The notes beneath the pieces were generated by a model that was not told where the DNA came from, did not search any database, and worked only from the letters and a program-made list of their open reading frames with translations. From positions 992,001-1,056,000 of the forward strand of contig OZ024747.1 in assembly GCA_964016885.1 (NCBI GenBank): a stretch of DNA of 64,000 nt, written 5' to 3'. This DNA comes from Eledone cirrhosa (taxonomy: Eukaryota). Below are positions 12,586 through 30,281 of the stretch, one piece after another. Each line of letters begins with the position of its first letter. Within the stretch, counting starts at the first letter, position 1. The translations under genes were made by a program, and so were the position numbers.

Positions 12586-13658
12586 TGGTGGTGTGTAGTA
12601 TAGTGGTGGTGTGTTGTATAGTGGTGTGTAGTATAGTGGTGGTGTGTAGTATAGTGGTGGTGTGTTGTATAGTGGTGGTGTGTAGTATAGTGGTGGTGTG
12701 TTGTATAGTGGCGGTGTGTAGTATAGTGGTGGTGTGTTGTATAGTGGTGGTGTGTAGTATAGTGGTGGTGTGTTGTATAGTGGTGGTGTGTAGTATAGTG
12801 GTGGTGTGTTGTATAGTGGTGGTGTGTAGTATAGTGGTGGTGTGTAGTATAGTGGTGTGTAGTATAGTGGTGGTGTGTAGTATAGTGGTGGTGTGTAGTA
12901 TAGTGGTGGTGTGTAGTATAGTGGTGTGTAGTATAGTGGTGGTGTGTAGTATAGTGGTGGTGTGTAGTATAGTGGTGGTGTGTAGTATAGTGGTGGTGTG
13001 TTGTATAGTGGTGGTGTGTAGTATAGTGGTGGTGTGTAGTATAGTGGTGGTGTGTAGTATAGTGGTGATGTGTTGTATAGTGGTGGTGTGTAGTATAGTG
13101 GTGGTGTGTAGTATTGTGGTGGTGTGTAGTATAGTGGTGGTGTGTAGTATAGTGGTGGTGTGTAGTATAGTGGTGATGTGTTGTATAGTGGTGGTGTGTA
13201 GTATAGTGGTGGTGTGTAGTATAGTGGTGGTGTGTAGTATAGTGGTGATGTGTTGTATAGTGGTGGTGTGTAGTATAGTGGTGGTGTGTAGTATTGTGGT
13301 GGTGTGTAGTATAGTGGTGATGTGTTGTATAGTGGTGGTGTGTAGTATAGTGGTGGTGTGTAGTATTGTGGTGGTGTGTAGTATAGTGGTGGTGTGTTGT
13401 ATAGTGGTGGTGTGTAGTATAGTGGTGGTGTGTAGTATAGTGGTGGTGTGTAGTATAGTGGTGATGTGTTGTATAGTGGTGGTGTGTAGTATAGTGGTGG
13501 TGTGTAGTATTGTGGTGGTGTGTAGTATAGTGGTGATGTGTTGTATAGTGGTGGTGTGTAGTATAGTGGTGGTGTGTAGTATTGTGGTGGTGTGTAGTAT
13601 AGTGGTGGTGTGTAGTATAGTGGTGGTGTGTTGTATAGTGGTGGTGTGTAGTATAGTG
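12586..13658. repeat. 18-bp minisatellite GTGGTGGTGTGTAGTATA
   Basis: Direct reading; source of the spurious HTTTIL and CSIVVV ORFs. Confidence 0.95.
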
Positions 13659-13659
13659 G

Positions 13660-14560
13660 CTTTTTCAGAGAGAAATTTGGTAATGGCTCCCAATATTTTC
13701 TGAGAATATTATTTCTGTCAATGGATCAAGAAAGTTTTTTTTCTTCTGCCGCGTGAATGTCTGGTTGGGAAGGTTCTTGCTTTTAGTATATAGTTTAAGC
13801 ACGAAAAGTATTCATCTATGGTATTCAGCAAAGACGAATACATTGGCAAGCGTTTCAAATATCGTCTGTATATATGATAGAATTTACTGTCATGGTCTGC
13901 AGCTACATTCTCAACTATACAAATATATTCCCGCCCTTTAAAATGCTTTGCGAGACGTCAAAGACATCAAAGACTGCGCCTTATGCAAGTACGGATGAAA
14001 TTCTATGTTCGACAAAACGGCAATGATATTAGGCTGCCTGTCCGTGAACAGTTCTAAGTGCAAGATAACTTCTTAAGAATCGGTCACTGGTGTTGCTAGT
14101 GTGGAAGTGAAAGTTCCATTCATCTTCAAAATATATTGATTTTTCTGAAGGAATGGCAGTTGTCAAATACCAATTAGCAAATTCATATCAAACAATAACC
14201 ACAATTGATTTCAATCCTCAGCCACTGTAAAACGGACATTTTTCTTGTTCTCACCATTACATCTTGGGTTTTTGAGATGTAACTATCACTTACAAGAGGT
14301 CTCATGTCTATATGTATTTTTCGCAAATTGATTGAGGAATTGTTTGTTGTCGCATACAAAAAAGGTTCACATCTGGTCACCAGTATTCCCATGACATAAT
14401 ATTTATAGTTGTGTCTTTAGTATAAAAGTATTCCTTGTAAGCCCACCATTCTACCAATCAATGAGCTAATCCACATCAACATTTGGTCTTTTCTATATTC
14501 CACGCCAAGTTCTATTTGTTGAGATATCTCAAAACCTAATTTAAAGACCAGGTAGTTTAT
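13660..14560 (-). pseudogene. Decayed IS630/Tc1-type DDE transposase
   Basis: Minus-strand pieces YEFANWYL...IYFEDEWNFH...RTVHGQ (first D, about 14136-14040), CIVENV (second D, degenerate) and LPMYSSLLNTIDEYFS (about 13849-13802, cf. LPPYSPFLNPIE). Confidence 0.7.
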
Positions 14561-15299
14561 CTCTTAAACGATTAGGTGCAGCACTCTGCCTATAAAATCC
14601 GTCCCTGCAACGATTTTAGAAGCTTCACACTCCCATAGAAAACATGATATTGCTGTGATTATAAAAAAAGATGCTTTTTCGTTTTCATTTCATTGTCTTC
14701 ATCAACTGATAACATCTTCCCTGTTAAATATTCTTTGTGACGATATATTTTTAGCTAATTATATCAAGTTAGTTTAGTTTTTGTTAAAGTGACATGAATT
14801 CACTGTGAAATCACTATTCTCACTTTGAAGTGGTATATGCTCATTTAGAAATCACTATTCACTCTTTAAAATTGTTCTTCTCATATTGAAGTGATATGTC
14901 CTCATTTAGAAGTATAAATATTAATGGTGTGTTGTATAGTAGTGATGTGTTGTATAGTAGAGTTTTGGTATGTTGTATTGCGTAGTTATGATATGTGTAT
15001 GTGAGTGTATTGGTGTATGTGTGTGTGTGTATTGGTGTATGTGTGTGTGTGTATGTATAGATGACTATGTACATATGCAAGTTTATAGAAGAATATATGT
15101 GTGTATATGTGCATATAGGTGCATATACGAGCATGTGTGTACGTGCATGTGAACATGCGTGTATCGTGTGTGTATGCGAACATGTCTGTGTGTATCGGAG
15201 TGTGTGTATGTGCATCTGTGTGGGTGTGAATAGATGGTCACAGATATGTGTTATGTATACTTCAGTACAGATGTGTACGGAAGCATATATGCACAGATG

Positions 15300-15470
15300 T
15301 CGGCATACATCTGCTCCTACTTCTGCACCTATGTGCAGCTATGTCTGCTTACATGTGCAACTATGTATAGACCTATGTGCAGCTATGTATGCTTACATGT
15401 GCAACTATGTATAGACCTATGTGCAGCTATGTCTGCTTACATGTGCAACGATGAATAGACCTACGTGCAA
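15300..15470. repeat. 44-bp tandem repeat, about 3 copies
   Basis: ATGTGCAGCTATGT...ATAGACCT recurs at 15331, 15375 and 15419. Confidence 0.85.
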
Positions 15471-15574
15471 CAGTCTGCAGATATGTGCAATATATACAAG
15501 TGCAGTCAACTCAGTACATTAACCATGCTGCAGGATAATTAAAGTTGATTATATTGCACTTGTGCTTATCGTTG

Positions 15575-16712
15575 AAGTAGTAGTAGTAGAGGTGGTGGTG
15601 GTAGTGGTGGTGGTGGTAGTGGTGGTGGTGGTAGTGGTGGTGGTGGTAGTGGTGGTGGTAGTAGTGGTGGTGGTGGTAGTTGTGGGTGGTGGTAGTAGTA
15701 GTGGTAGTAATGGTGGTGGTGGTAGTTGTGGTGGTGGTGGTGGTGGTAGTGGTGGTGGTGGTAGTAGTAGTGGTAGTAGTGGTGGTGGTGGTAGTGGTGG
15801 TGGTGGTAGTAGTAGTGGTAGTAATGGTGGTGGTGGTAGTTGTGGTGGTGGTGGTGGTGGTAGTAGTAGTGGTAGTAGTGGTGGTAGTGGTGGTGGTGGT
15901 GGTAGTGGTGGTAGTAGAAGTGGTAGTAGTGGTGGTGGTGGTAGTGGTGGTGGTGGTGGTAGTTGTGGTGGTGGTAGTGGTGGTAGTAGTAGTGGTAGTA
16001 GTGGTGGTAGTGGTGGTGGTGGTGGTAGTGGTGGTGGTGGTAGTTGTGGTGGTGGTGGTAGTTGTGGTAGTGGTAGTAGTGGTGGTAGTAGTGGTGGTGG
16101 TAGTAGTGGTGGTAGTAGTGGTGGTGGTGGTAGTGGTGGTGGTGGTAGTAGTAGTGGTAGTAATGGTGGTGGTGGTAGTTGTGGTGGTGGTAGTAGTGGT
16201 GGTGGTGGTGGTGGTGGTAGTTGTGGTGGTGGTAGTGGTGGTGGTGGTGGTAGTAGTAGTGGTAGTAGTGGTGGTGGTAGTGGTGGTGGTGGTAGTAGTA
16301 GTAGTGGTGGTGGTGGTAGTTGTGGTGGTGGTGGTAGTTGTGGTGGTGGTGGTTGTAGTAGTGGTAGTAGTGGTGGTGGTGGTGGTGGTGGTAGTAGTAG
16401 TGGTAGTAGTGGTGGTAGTTGTGGTGGTGGTAGTAGTAGTGGTAGTGGTGGTGGTGGTGGTTGTTGTGGTGGTGGTAGTAGTAGTAGTAGTGGTGGTGGT
16501 AGTGGTGGTGGTAGCGGTGGTGGTGGTAGTGGTGGTGGTGGTAGTAGTAGTAGTAGTGGTAGTAGTGGTGGTGGTGGTGGTAGTGGTGGTGGTGGTAGTA
16601 GTGGTGGTGGTAGTAGTAGTAGTGGTAGTAGTAGCAGCAACAGTAGTAGTAGTAGTAGTAGTAATAGCAGTAATAGTAGTAGTAGTAGTAGTAGTAACAG
16701 CAGTAATAGTAA

Positions 16713-16753
<41 letters not shown>

Positions 16754-17547
16754 ACAGCAGTAATAGTAGTAGTAGTAGTAACAGTAGTAGTAGCGATTGT
16801 TACCCAGCACGCCAAAGACCAGACACGCCACTTCCAACAACTCTACTACTAACCACCACCACCACTACCACCACCACCAACAACATCCCCACTAACACCA
16901 CCACCACCACCACTAACACCACCAACATCACCACCACCACCACCAACATCCCCACTAACACCACCACCACCACTAACACCAACATCACCACCACCACCAC
17001 CAACAACATCCCCACTAACACCAACACCACCACTAACACCAACATCACCACCACCACCAACATCCCACTAACACCACCACCACCACTAACACCACCACCA
17101 CCACCAACAACATCCCCACTAACACCACCACCACCACCACCACAACCACTAACACCACCACCACCACCACTAACACCACCACCAACATCATCACCACCAA
17201 CACCACCACCACCACCACTAACACCACCAACATCACCACCACCACCACCACCACCAACAGCATCCCCACCACCACCACCACCACCACCACCACCACCACC
17301 ACCACCACCACCACCACCGACAACATCACCACCACCACAACAACAACAACACTACCACCACCACCACCAACACCATCATCATCATCACCACCACCACCAC
17401 CATCACCACAACCACCACCACCACAACACCAACACCACCACCACAACAACACCATCAACACAACCACCACAACACCAACAACAACACCATCAACACAACC
17501 ACCACACCAACACAACCACCACACCATCAACACAACCACCACCACCG
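15575..17547. repeat. (GGT/AGT)n array (15575-16795) facing an (ACC)n array (16850-17547)
   Basis: Direct reading of the sequence. Confidence 0.95.
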
Positions 17548-17650
17548 CATTCAGTTAAGTACTCAATGGAAAGTTAGTGCTCGTGGGTGACCTCCCGCAG
17601 TTTCAACAACGAGTTGTCTATCTATCTATCGGGTTTTGAAGCGTTGAGAA

Positions 17651-21235
<3,585 letters not shown>

Positions 21236-21530
21236 ATAAAAACAAATAACGAAACGAAATTAAATTTCGTTTCATTTGTAACTCACTTTTGTATGACTGA
21301 CGCTTAAACAATTAAGTTAAAGATGTACATCCATATATGTATACTGAAATACTAGTATGTATATGAATACACACACGTATACATATGTAGATGTACCAAG
21401 TTTTTCACTGGTCACTTTACTGTGAGTGGCCAGCTATTCTGTATGTAAACACACAGACAAACCGGTTTTTAGAGTCATACTGGTTTTTGAGGAAACACCT
21501 TTCCTCTATTCTCCAGAAAGCCAGACAAGG

Positions 21531-21575
21531 AATATTGAACTAGTTTCGTTGTTGTTACAACTCATCAGCAATATT
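21531..21575 (-). ncRNA. Minimal type I hammerhead ribozyme (467 family, inverted copy)
   Basis: Exact reverse complement of 21855-21899. Confidence 0.88.
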
Positions 21576-21854
21576 TACCTATCTTCCGGCCTCTCTAGAG
21601 AATACATACTAGTATTTCAGTATACATATATGGATGTACATCTTTAACTTAATTGTTTAAGCGTCAGTCATACAAAAGTGAGTTACAAATGAAACGAAAT
21701 TTAATTTCGTTTCGTTATTTGTTTTTATCGTCTCCGTTGAACCGGTACTTACTCACACTCTATGCAAATTAGTATGCCCACTACTAATTTTCATAGAAAA
21801 AGCATATAACGATATGTGCTTTTACGATTCTCTAGAGAGGCCGGAAGATAGGTA

Positions 21855-21899
21855 AATATTGCTGATGAGTTGTAACAACAACGAAACTAGTTCAATATT
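21855..21899 (+). ncRNA. Minimal type I hammerhead ribozyme (467 family)
   Basis: aatattg-CTGATGA-gttgt(aaca)acaac-GAAA-ctag-TT-caatatt: 7-bp stem I, 5-bp stem II, palindromic stem III, GUU site. Confidence 0.9.
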
Positions 21900-22321
21900 C
21901 CTTGTCTGGCTTTCTGGAGAATAGAGGAAAGGTGTTTCCTCAAAAACCAGTATGACTCTAAAAACCGGTTTGTCTGTGTGTTTACATACAGAATAGCTGG
22001 CCACTCACAGTAAAGTGACCAGTGAAAAAACTTGGTACATCTACATATGTATACGTGTGTGTATTCATATACATACTAGTATTTCAGTATACATATATGG
22101 ATGTACATCTTTAACTTAATTGTTTAAGCGTCAGTCATACAAAAGTGAGTTACAAATGAAACGAAATTTAATTTCGTTTCGTTATTTGTTTTTATCGTCT
22201 CCGTTGAACCGGTACTTACTCACACTCTATGCAAATTAGTATGCCCACTACTAATTTTCATAGAAAAAGCATATAACGATATGTGCTTTTACGATTCTCT
22301 AGAGAGGCCGGAAGATAGGTA

Positions 22322-22366
22322 AATATTGCTGATGAGTTGTAACAACAACGAAACTAGTTCAATATT
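22322..22366 (+). ncRNA. Minimal type I hammerhead ribozyme (467 family)
   Basis: Identical to 21855-21899. Confidence 0.9.
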
Positions 22367-22589
22367 CCTTGTCTGGCTTTCTGGAGAATAGAGGAAAGGT
22401 GTTTCCTCAAAAACCAGTATGACTCTAAAAACCGGTTTGTCTGTGTGTTTACATACAGAATAGCTGGCCACTCACAGTAAAGTGACCAGTGAAAAAACTT
22501 GGTACATCTACATATGTATACGTGTGTGTATTCATATACATACTAGTATTTCAGTATACATATATGGATGTACATCTTTAACTTAATTG

Positions 22590-25049
<2,460 letters not shown>

Positions 25050-25057
25050 AATGATAT

Positions 25058-28000
25058 TAAATAAATGGAAACTATATTTATAAAACCATATTTATTTTAT
25101 TATATATATTTCAAGGGTAACCAAAACAACATTGGTACGCTTTCATCAGATAAAATACAAAGTTTGTTTTATAAATAGAGGCATACCCATGAAAATAATA
25201 CCTTATCGGTTGGAAATTCACTGGATAGTAGTATTATATTAGAGATTATTCAAACTTATGTGTGAATATGCAAATGAATATGTAAATAATTGAAAAACAA
25301 CCGTTTATTTACATGACACTGGAGAAAAAGAGAGAGAGAAAAAATATAAGGGGATAAAGATAAAAAATATTACGAGAGAGATAGAGAGAAGAAATAGACA
25401 AGAGAAGATGAATATAACGTTAATTTGGGGGAAATATATTCTAAGTATAAATCTAATATGTGTATTTACGATTATTCGTTGTTTAAAATTCGTTTCTAAT
25501 ATATTTTCTGTTATAAGTAGATAGATAAATAAATAAATAAATAAATAAATAGATAGATAAATAAATGAATAGATGGGTATATCGTGTTATAGATAATTGT
25601 TTTAATGAGTTATGAGGGTATTGGTTTTGTATTTAATGTAAGTAAATATTAAGTTAAATTAAATTAAATTAACTGAGTTAATAAGAATATTTATATTTAT
25701 ATATTTTAAAATGGGAAGATACGGAAAAACTCCAGTTTTGTTTATTTATTCGTTAGTATGAGACTATTTTGTTAACATAAGTATAAATGTTGAAAGATTT
25801 AGTTAGTGGTTATAAATCTAATAAAAGATATTGAAAAAATATTAAAAATTTGAGAAAATTAAAAAAAAAAAAAATTTATAAAGATAAGTAATTTTAAAAA
25901 AATAAGTAATTTTTAAAAAGGGATAAAAAGATTAAAGAAATAAAAAATAAAAAATTAAGAATTAAAAATTATTAAGATTAAAATAACAATTAAAATTACA
26001 ATTAAAATAACATTTTTTTTTTTTTTTAAATTAGAATTATATATGTATATATTTTATGAAACTTTACGAAGTGAAATTATAGCAAATGTTATAGATATGA
26101 TTTAGAGAAATCAATATATTAAAACCAAGTGGATAAGATGTTATGGAAATAAGTAGAAATATTATAAGTGTAATTATAATTTATATATAGTTCTAAATGT
26201 TGAATTCAGGCGATGTCTACAAGAACTAAATAAATTCGTTCTTAGATTAATAGAGTTCTTACATTTAAGTATAAAAAAAATTTCCTCAACACGCAATTTG
26301 CAGAATCTAAATAAAGCTGTGTTTCAATACGCGGGTGCTTCGAAATTATTTCCCAAGTTAATGAAAAGTCCATATTTTTGCATTTTAAGTTCCATATCAG
26401 GTTTGAAAGAGAAGTTGAAGATTTATCAAATCTTTGGAAAGAGCATTTGTGATTATTCCAGCGTCTTTTAAATTCTGTAGAAGTTGCACCTACATAGTTA
26501 AATATATTATCACTGGTTTTAACTGTACATTTATAGACCACGTCCTTATCTAAACACTTATTTTGTAAAGGACAGTTTAATTTAATTCTACAGTTACATT
26601 TTGCGGAGTTGTTATTCAGAACGGTATTATTATGTTGGATATTGCTAGAGATATTACTGCTATTTTGGTTATTTTGGTTAGGGTTTAAATTTCTATTATT
26701 GATTCTATTTATATTTTGTGCTATGTTCATAGTAGTAGAGTAGGATAGTTTTATAGTATGTCTGTTAAAGATTGAGTTGTATCTGTGGGCTTTAGGAAAA
26801 CATTTATCTAGTGCTTTAAAGAATAGCTTTGCTAAAGGTGTTTTAACGCTTAATGAGAATGGGGGTGAGTACCAAATAATATTTCTAGTTCCATTTCTTC
26901 TGTTAGTTTTAGAGTTTAAGTTAGATATTTTTAATTATAATTATAATTAATAGTAGGGTTATTTGCCTTATTACTGTTGTCGATGTATTTAATCTTATTT
27001 ATATAGCCTGCTCTATTTAAAGCTTCATTATAATATTCTGCCTTATCGTCAAAAATGTTTTTATTAGCGGAGATGCGTGAAATATGTTGTTGGATAGAAT
27101 TAACAATAGTGTTCTTGATAGATTTAGGATGATTAGAGTTAAAACTTACATAGTTTAGATTCTCATTAATTTTATGGAATGGACAGTAGAGCCCTGTGTT
27201 AAGGTTTAATGTTACGTTTAAAAAGTTAACAATTGTATAGTTATTCTCTATTTCTAACTTAAGGTTGTAGCTATTGAAGAATTGTATTATGGATTTTCTT
27301 CTTCTATTAATTTCACAATTACTATGATTTTCAATTAAAAGCAGCATATCATCACGATATAAACCACTGGTCATCTCTGGTATTTTTCTATGCAGTGTAT
27401 TATTAATAAATAGCCCCACAAGATCCGTTATTTGCGCCGAGTCTGATGATCCCATGGTGATATCAAAATTATTTTTTCTATCGGCTCTAGTCCAGAGATG
27501 ATTGTTGAATTCAATTAAAGTTTTCCGTGCGGTTAAAAGATATGCATTTCTTCGCTAGATAAATCTGTATGTTTAGATGCATAGATAAGAGCTTTATTAA
27601 GTAAATTAGGAGTAATGGAGGAGTAGTAGTTTGCTATATCCAATTGAATGAATTTTTTGTTATGTTTAAATTTTATGTTATTGAACCAATCTATAACTTC
27701 GTTAGTACCGTTCCATAGTTTTAGGTAAGCTATTTATTTAAGTTGCGGTATGATTCTATCTAATATATGTTTACTAACTATGCCTAAGTCTGATTTAGAT
27801 GGTGCTGTAAGTCTGACTAGTAGTTCTATTTCAAAGTTTCTTTTGTGGTCTTTCAGGTTAATTTTTGGTCTTCTAGGTATAAAGGGTTCGGTCCTATTTT
27901 CGATGCCTAATTTATGAATTATTTCAGAAGCTTCTCTATTTACCATTTCAAGATCTTCATTAGTTGTTATTTTGTAGTTTTTCCTTAGTTCTTTCAATAT

Positions 28001-28130
28001 AAGGTTATTGTATTCGTCCTTTTGCATTCCGTATAGATTGTTAGTTTTGTCAGATTTTACGAGGATTTTCTCAGTTTTTTCAAGATTGTCTATATTATTC
28101 TTAAGGCCTTTAAGGTATTCCTTAATTTAT
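25058..28130 (-). mobile_element. Penelope-like element, 5'-truncated and frameshifted (RT + C-terminal GIY-YIG endonuclease, 3' UTR/pLTR with HHR)
   Basis: RT pieces PKINLKDHK, ITMGSSDSAQITDLVGL, GLYRDD; linker CNCR...CPLQNKC; GIY-YIG VVYKCTV...YVGAT...FKRRWNNH; terminal LFSSCRHRL ending at about 26177. Confidence 0.9.
25093..25157 (-). ncRNA. Type I hammerhead ribozyme in the Penelope 3' pLTR
   Basis: tattttat-CTGATGA-aagcgtacca...tggttaccctt-GAAA-tatata-TA-ataaaata. Confidence 0.85.
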
Positions 28131-28360
28131 GTTTGTCGGACTTACAACAAATTAAATACCACTTCTACTTGCTTTCATATATTTTTATATCTGTATATCT
28201 GTTTGACCCGAAATAGGAGATTGAATCTTCGCTGTATGTTTTGCCTTTAACGTAAGTTGTAAGCTCTAATTCTTTTGAATTATGGAGCGCTTGCCTCACA
28301 ATTCGAAAGTGTTTTTTCGTTATTTCATAGGCTGAAATTCGATTCTCGCTAATTTTTACT

Positions 28361-28438
<78 letters not shown>

Positions 28439-28454
28439 CGTGCGTGCGTGTGTG

Positions 28455-28617
28455 TAAAGAAAGTACTCAAACGCAGAAATGCTATAAAGGCTTCTAAACA
28501 GAAGTTTCCCTCGGCCAACACGAGGCCGGGGGCAACTTCTTCTTCCATCTTTTAAGGGTCTTCACCCTATTTTATAAGTTATCTTTATAGCATTTCTGCA
28601 CTTAAGCACTTTATTTA
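28455..28617. mobile_element. MITE-like element with about 35-bp imperfect inverted ends and an internal GC hairpin
   Basis: aagtactcaaacgcagaaatgctataaag pairs with ctttatagcatttctgcacttaagcactt; internal gaagtttccctcggcc...ggccgggggcaacttc. Confidence 0.55.
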
Positions 28618-29101
28618 TATCTACATACATATATACATATATATATACATAAAAATATATTTTTATATATATACATACATATACCATCACCACCACTACC
28701 ACCATCACCACCACTATAACACCACCACCACCATCACCACCACTATAACACCATCATCACCACCACCAATATCACCACCACCATCACCACCACCACCATC
28801 ACCACCACTATAACACCACCACCACAACCATCACCATCACCAACACCACCACCACCACCACCAATATTACCACCACCACCACCACCACCACAATCACCAC
28901 CACTAACATCATTACCACCACCTCACCACCACCTCCACACCACCACTACCACCACCATCACCACCACCACCACAACCACCACCACCCCACCATCACCACT
29001 CTTGAAAATAAAAGCTATGACGCAATGATGACAATAGACTAACAATGTGTTAACTGCTGACACGGTTTACGGCAGGACGTGTTCACAGAAGAGGGACCGA
29101 T

Positions 29102-29121
29102 GCGACCACTAGGTGGCAGCA
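29102..29121. promoter_or_regulatory. Candidate CTCF-binding motif
   Basis: GCGACCACTAGGTGGCAGCA matches the CCACYAGRKGGCR core. Confidence 0.45.
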
Positions 29122-29289
29122 CAATACAACGACTAAATATGACAAACAAATAAAGAAACCAAGATGTCGGTTAGTCGTATTCTCGCTTCACTAGATTCTA
29201 ACATCACCTGTATTATGTAATATTGATCATTACACCTTCCTGGATTTTCATATTTTTTCCATTTAAAAATAAAAATAAATATGGAAACA

Positions 29290-29420
29290 GATATGACTGT
29301 GTGGTTAAGGACTTCATTTCACAACCACGTGGTTCAGGGTTAGATTCCGTGACGCGGCACCTTGAGCAAGTGTTTTCTATGATAGCCTCGGGTTGACCTA
29401 TGCCTTGTCAGAGGAATTTG
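29290..29420 (+). mobile_element. tRNA-derived SINE with a CORE-like segment, decayed
   Basis: A-box-like tgtgtggttaag, degenerate B box, then gcaccttgagcaagtg. Confidence 0.6.
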
Positions 29421-29479
29421 TTTTATATATATATTCAAATATATATTTGTGTGTGTGTGTATATATTTACATGTAACTG

Positions 29480-29985
29480 GATGCGGCCCAGTCCCCTTAG
29501 AGTGTAGGATTTAAGGGCCTAAACACTCGCTTGAGGAGGGGTTTTTTCTCTGAAGTCCTTCTGCTGTCCACCTGTCATGAGAGTTTCTTACCATATAGAA
29601 ATGTTCCAGAAGCAGGATTCTTGTTGTAGATGCTGTAAGGCTAAAATAATATAGAAGACTGCTGGTCACACATGGCAAGCTTAAGTAATGGCTTCTTTAT
29701 GTTCATATAAATCATGGATGTGTACAAAAGGTGTATGCTTGTTTCGTGGCCGACGGGACTTGTGGAAGGCTCTGCAGGGGTATTGTATTGATGGATAGCT
29801 TCTTGTTGCCATGAAGTCCCTGTATGAATGGCCCAGTATTTGTGTTCAGAAATCATTCAGTTTGGGTGTCGGATTCCACCAGATGGTTGTATTGTTCCCT
29901 CTTTCTGTTCATAAACTTCGTGAGCAGGATTGACATGCGCAGTTGGGATGGAAGGACTATCAAAATGGAGTGGTATTTGCAGATA
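29480..29985 (+). mobile_element. Decayed RTE-like LINE fragment
   Basis: VYACFV and FSLGVGFHQ/GC.LFPL.FINFVSRI (RT QG motif) across frameshifts. Confidence 0.5.
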
Positions 29986-29987
29986 AA

Positions 29988-30174
29988 GGGCGGTGGATTG
30001 GCAGTATAGGTAGAGGGTCTGACGTCATGCTTTGCAGCAGAGAGTTACAGCCCTTTATGGTCTCAGTTCAAATCCCGCCGAGGTTAACTTTGCCTTTCAT
30101 CCTTACGGGGTCGATAAAATAAAGTACCAGTAATGCACTGGGGTAATTGCTGGCCTTGTGCCAAAAGTAGAAAC

Positions 30175-30180
<6 letters not shown>
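29988..30180 (+). mobile_element. tRNA-derived SINE (family with GCCTTTCATCCTTACGGGGTCGATAAAATAAAGTACCAG core)
   Basis: A box, B box GTTCAAATCCC and conserved core; other copies at about 49455-49565 (-), 50925-51000, 53140-53462 and 53990-54115. Confidence 0.8.
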
Positions 30181-30222
<42 letters not shown>

Positions 30223-30281
30223 CAAGGCTCTGATACCATCAACACTATACACGAAAAGCTGGCATATCTAAGAACTGACTA

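Larger units (their letters stand above)
21236..22589 (+). mobile_element. Retrozyme-like tandem array, 467-bp unit: about 2.1 direct units (21604-22589) preceded by an inverted partial unit (21236-21603)
   Basis: Identical blocks 467 bp apart (e.g. 21822/22289); each unit carries a minimal type I HHR; (TA)n on both flanks. Confidence 0.85.

Noticed and set aside
15511-17577. Gly/Ser-, Thr-, Pro- and Val-rich ORFs (also 51702-52817 and 12566-13703)
   Set aside because: Trinucleotide or minisatellite arrays with no splice context or unique coding sequence.
21426-22471. Repeated MASYSVCKH... ORFs as a small gene family
   Set aside because: They are antisense to the ribozyme strand, start at GTG and merely reflect the tandem unit.
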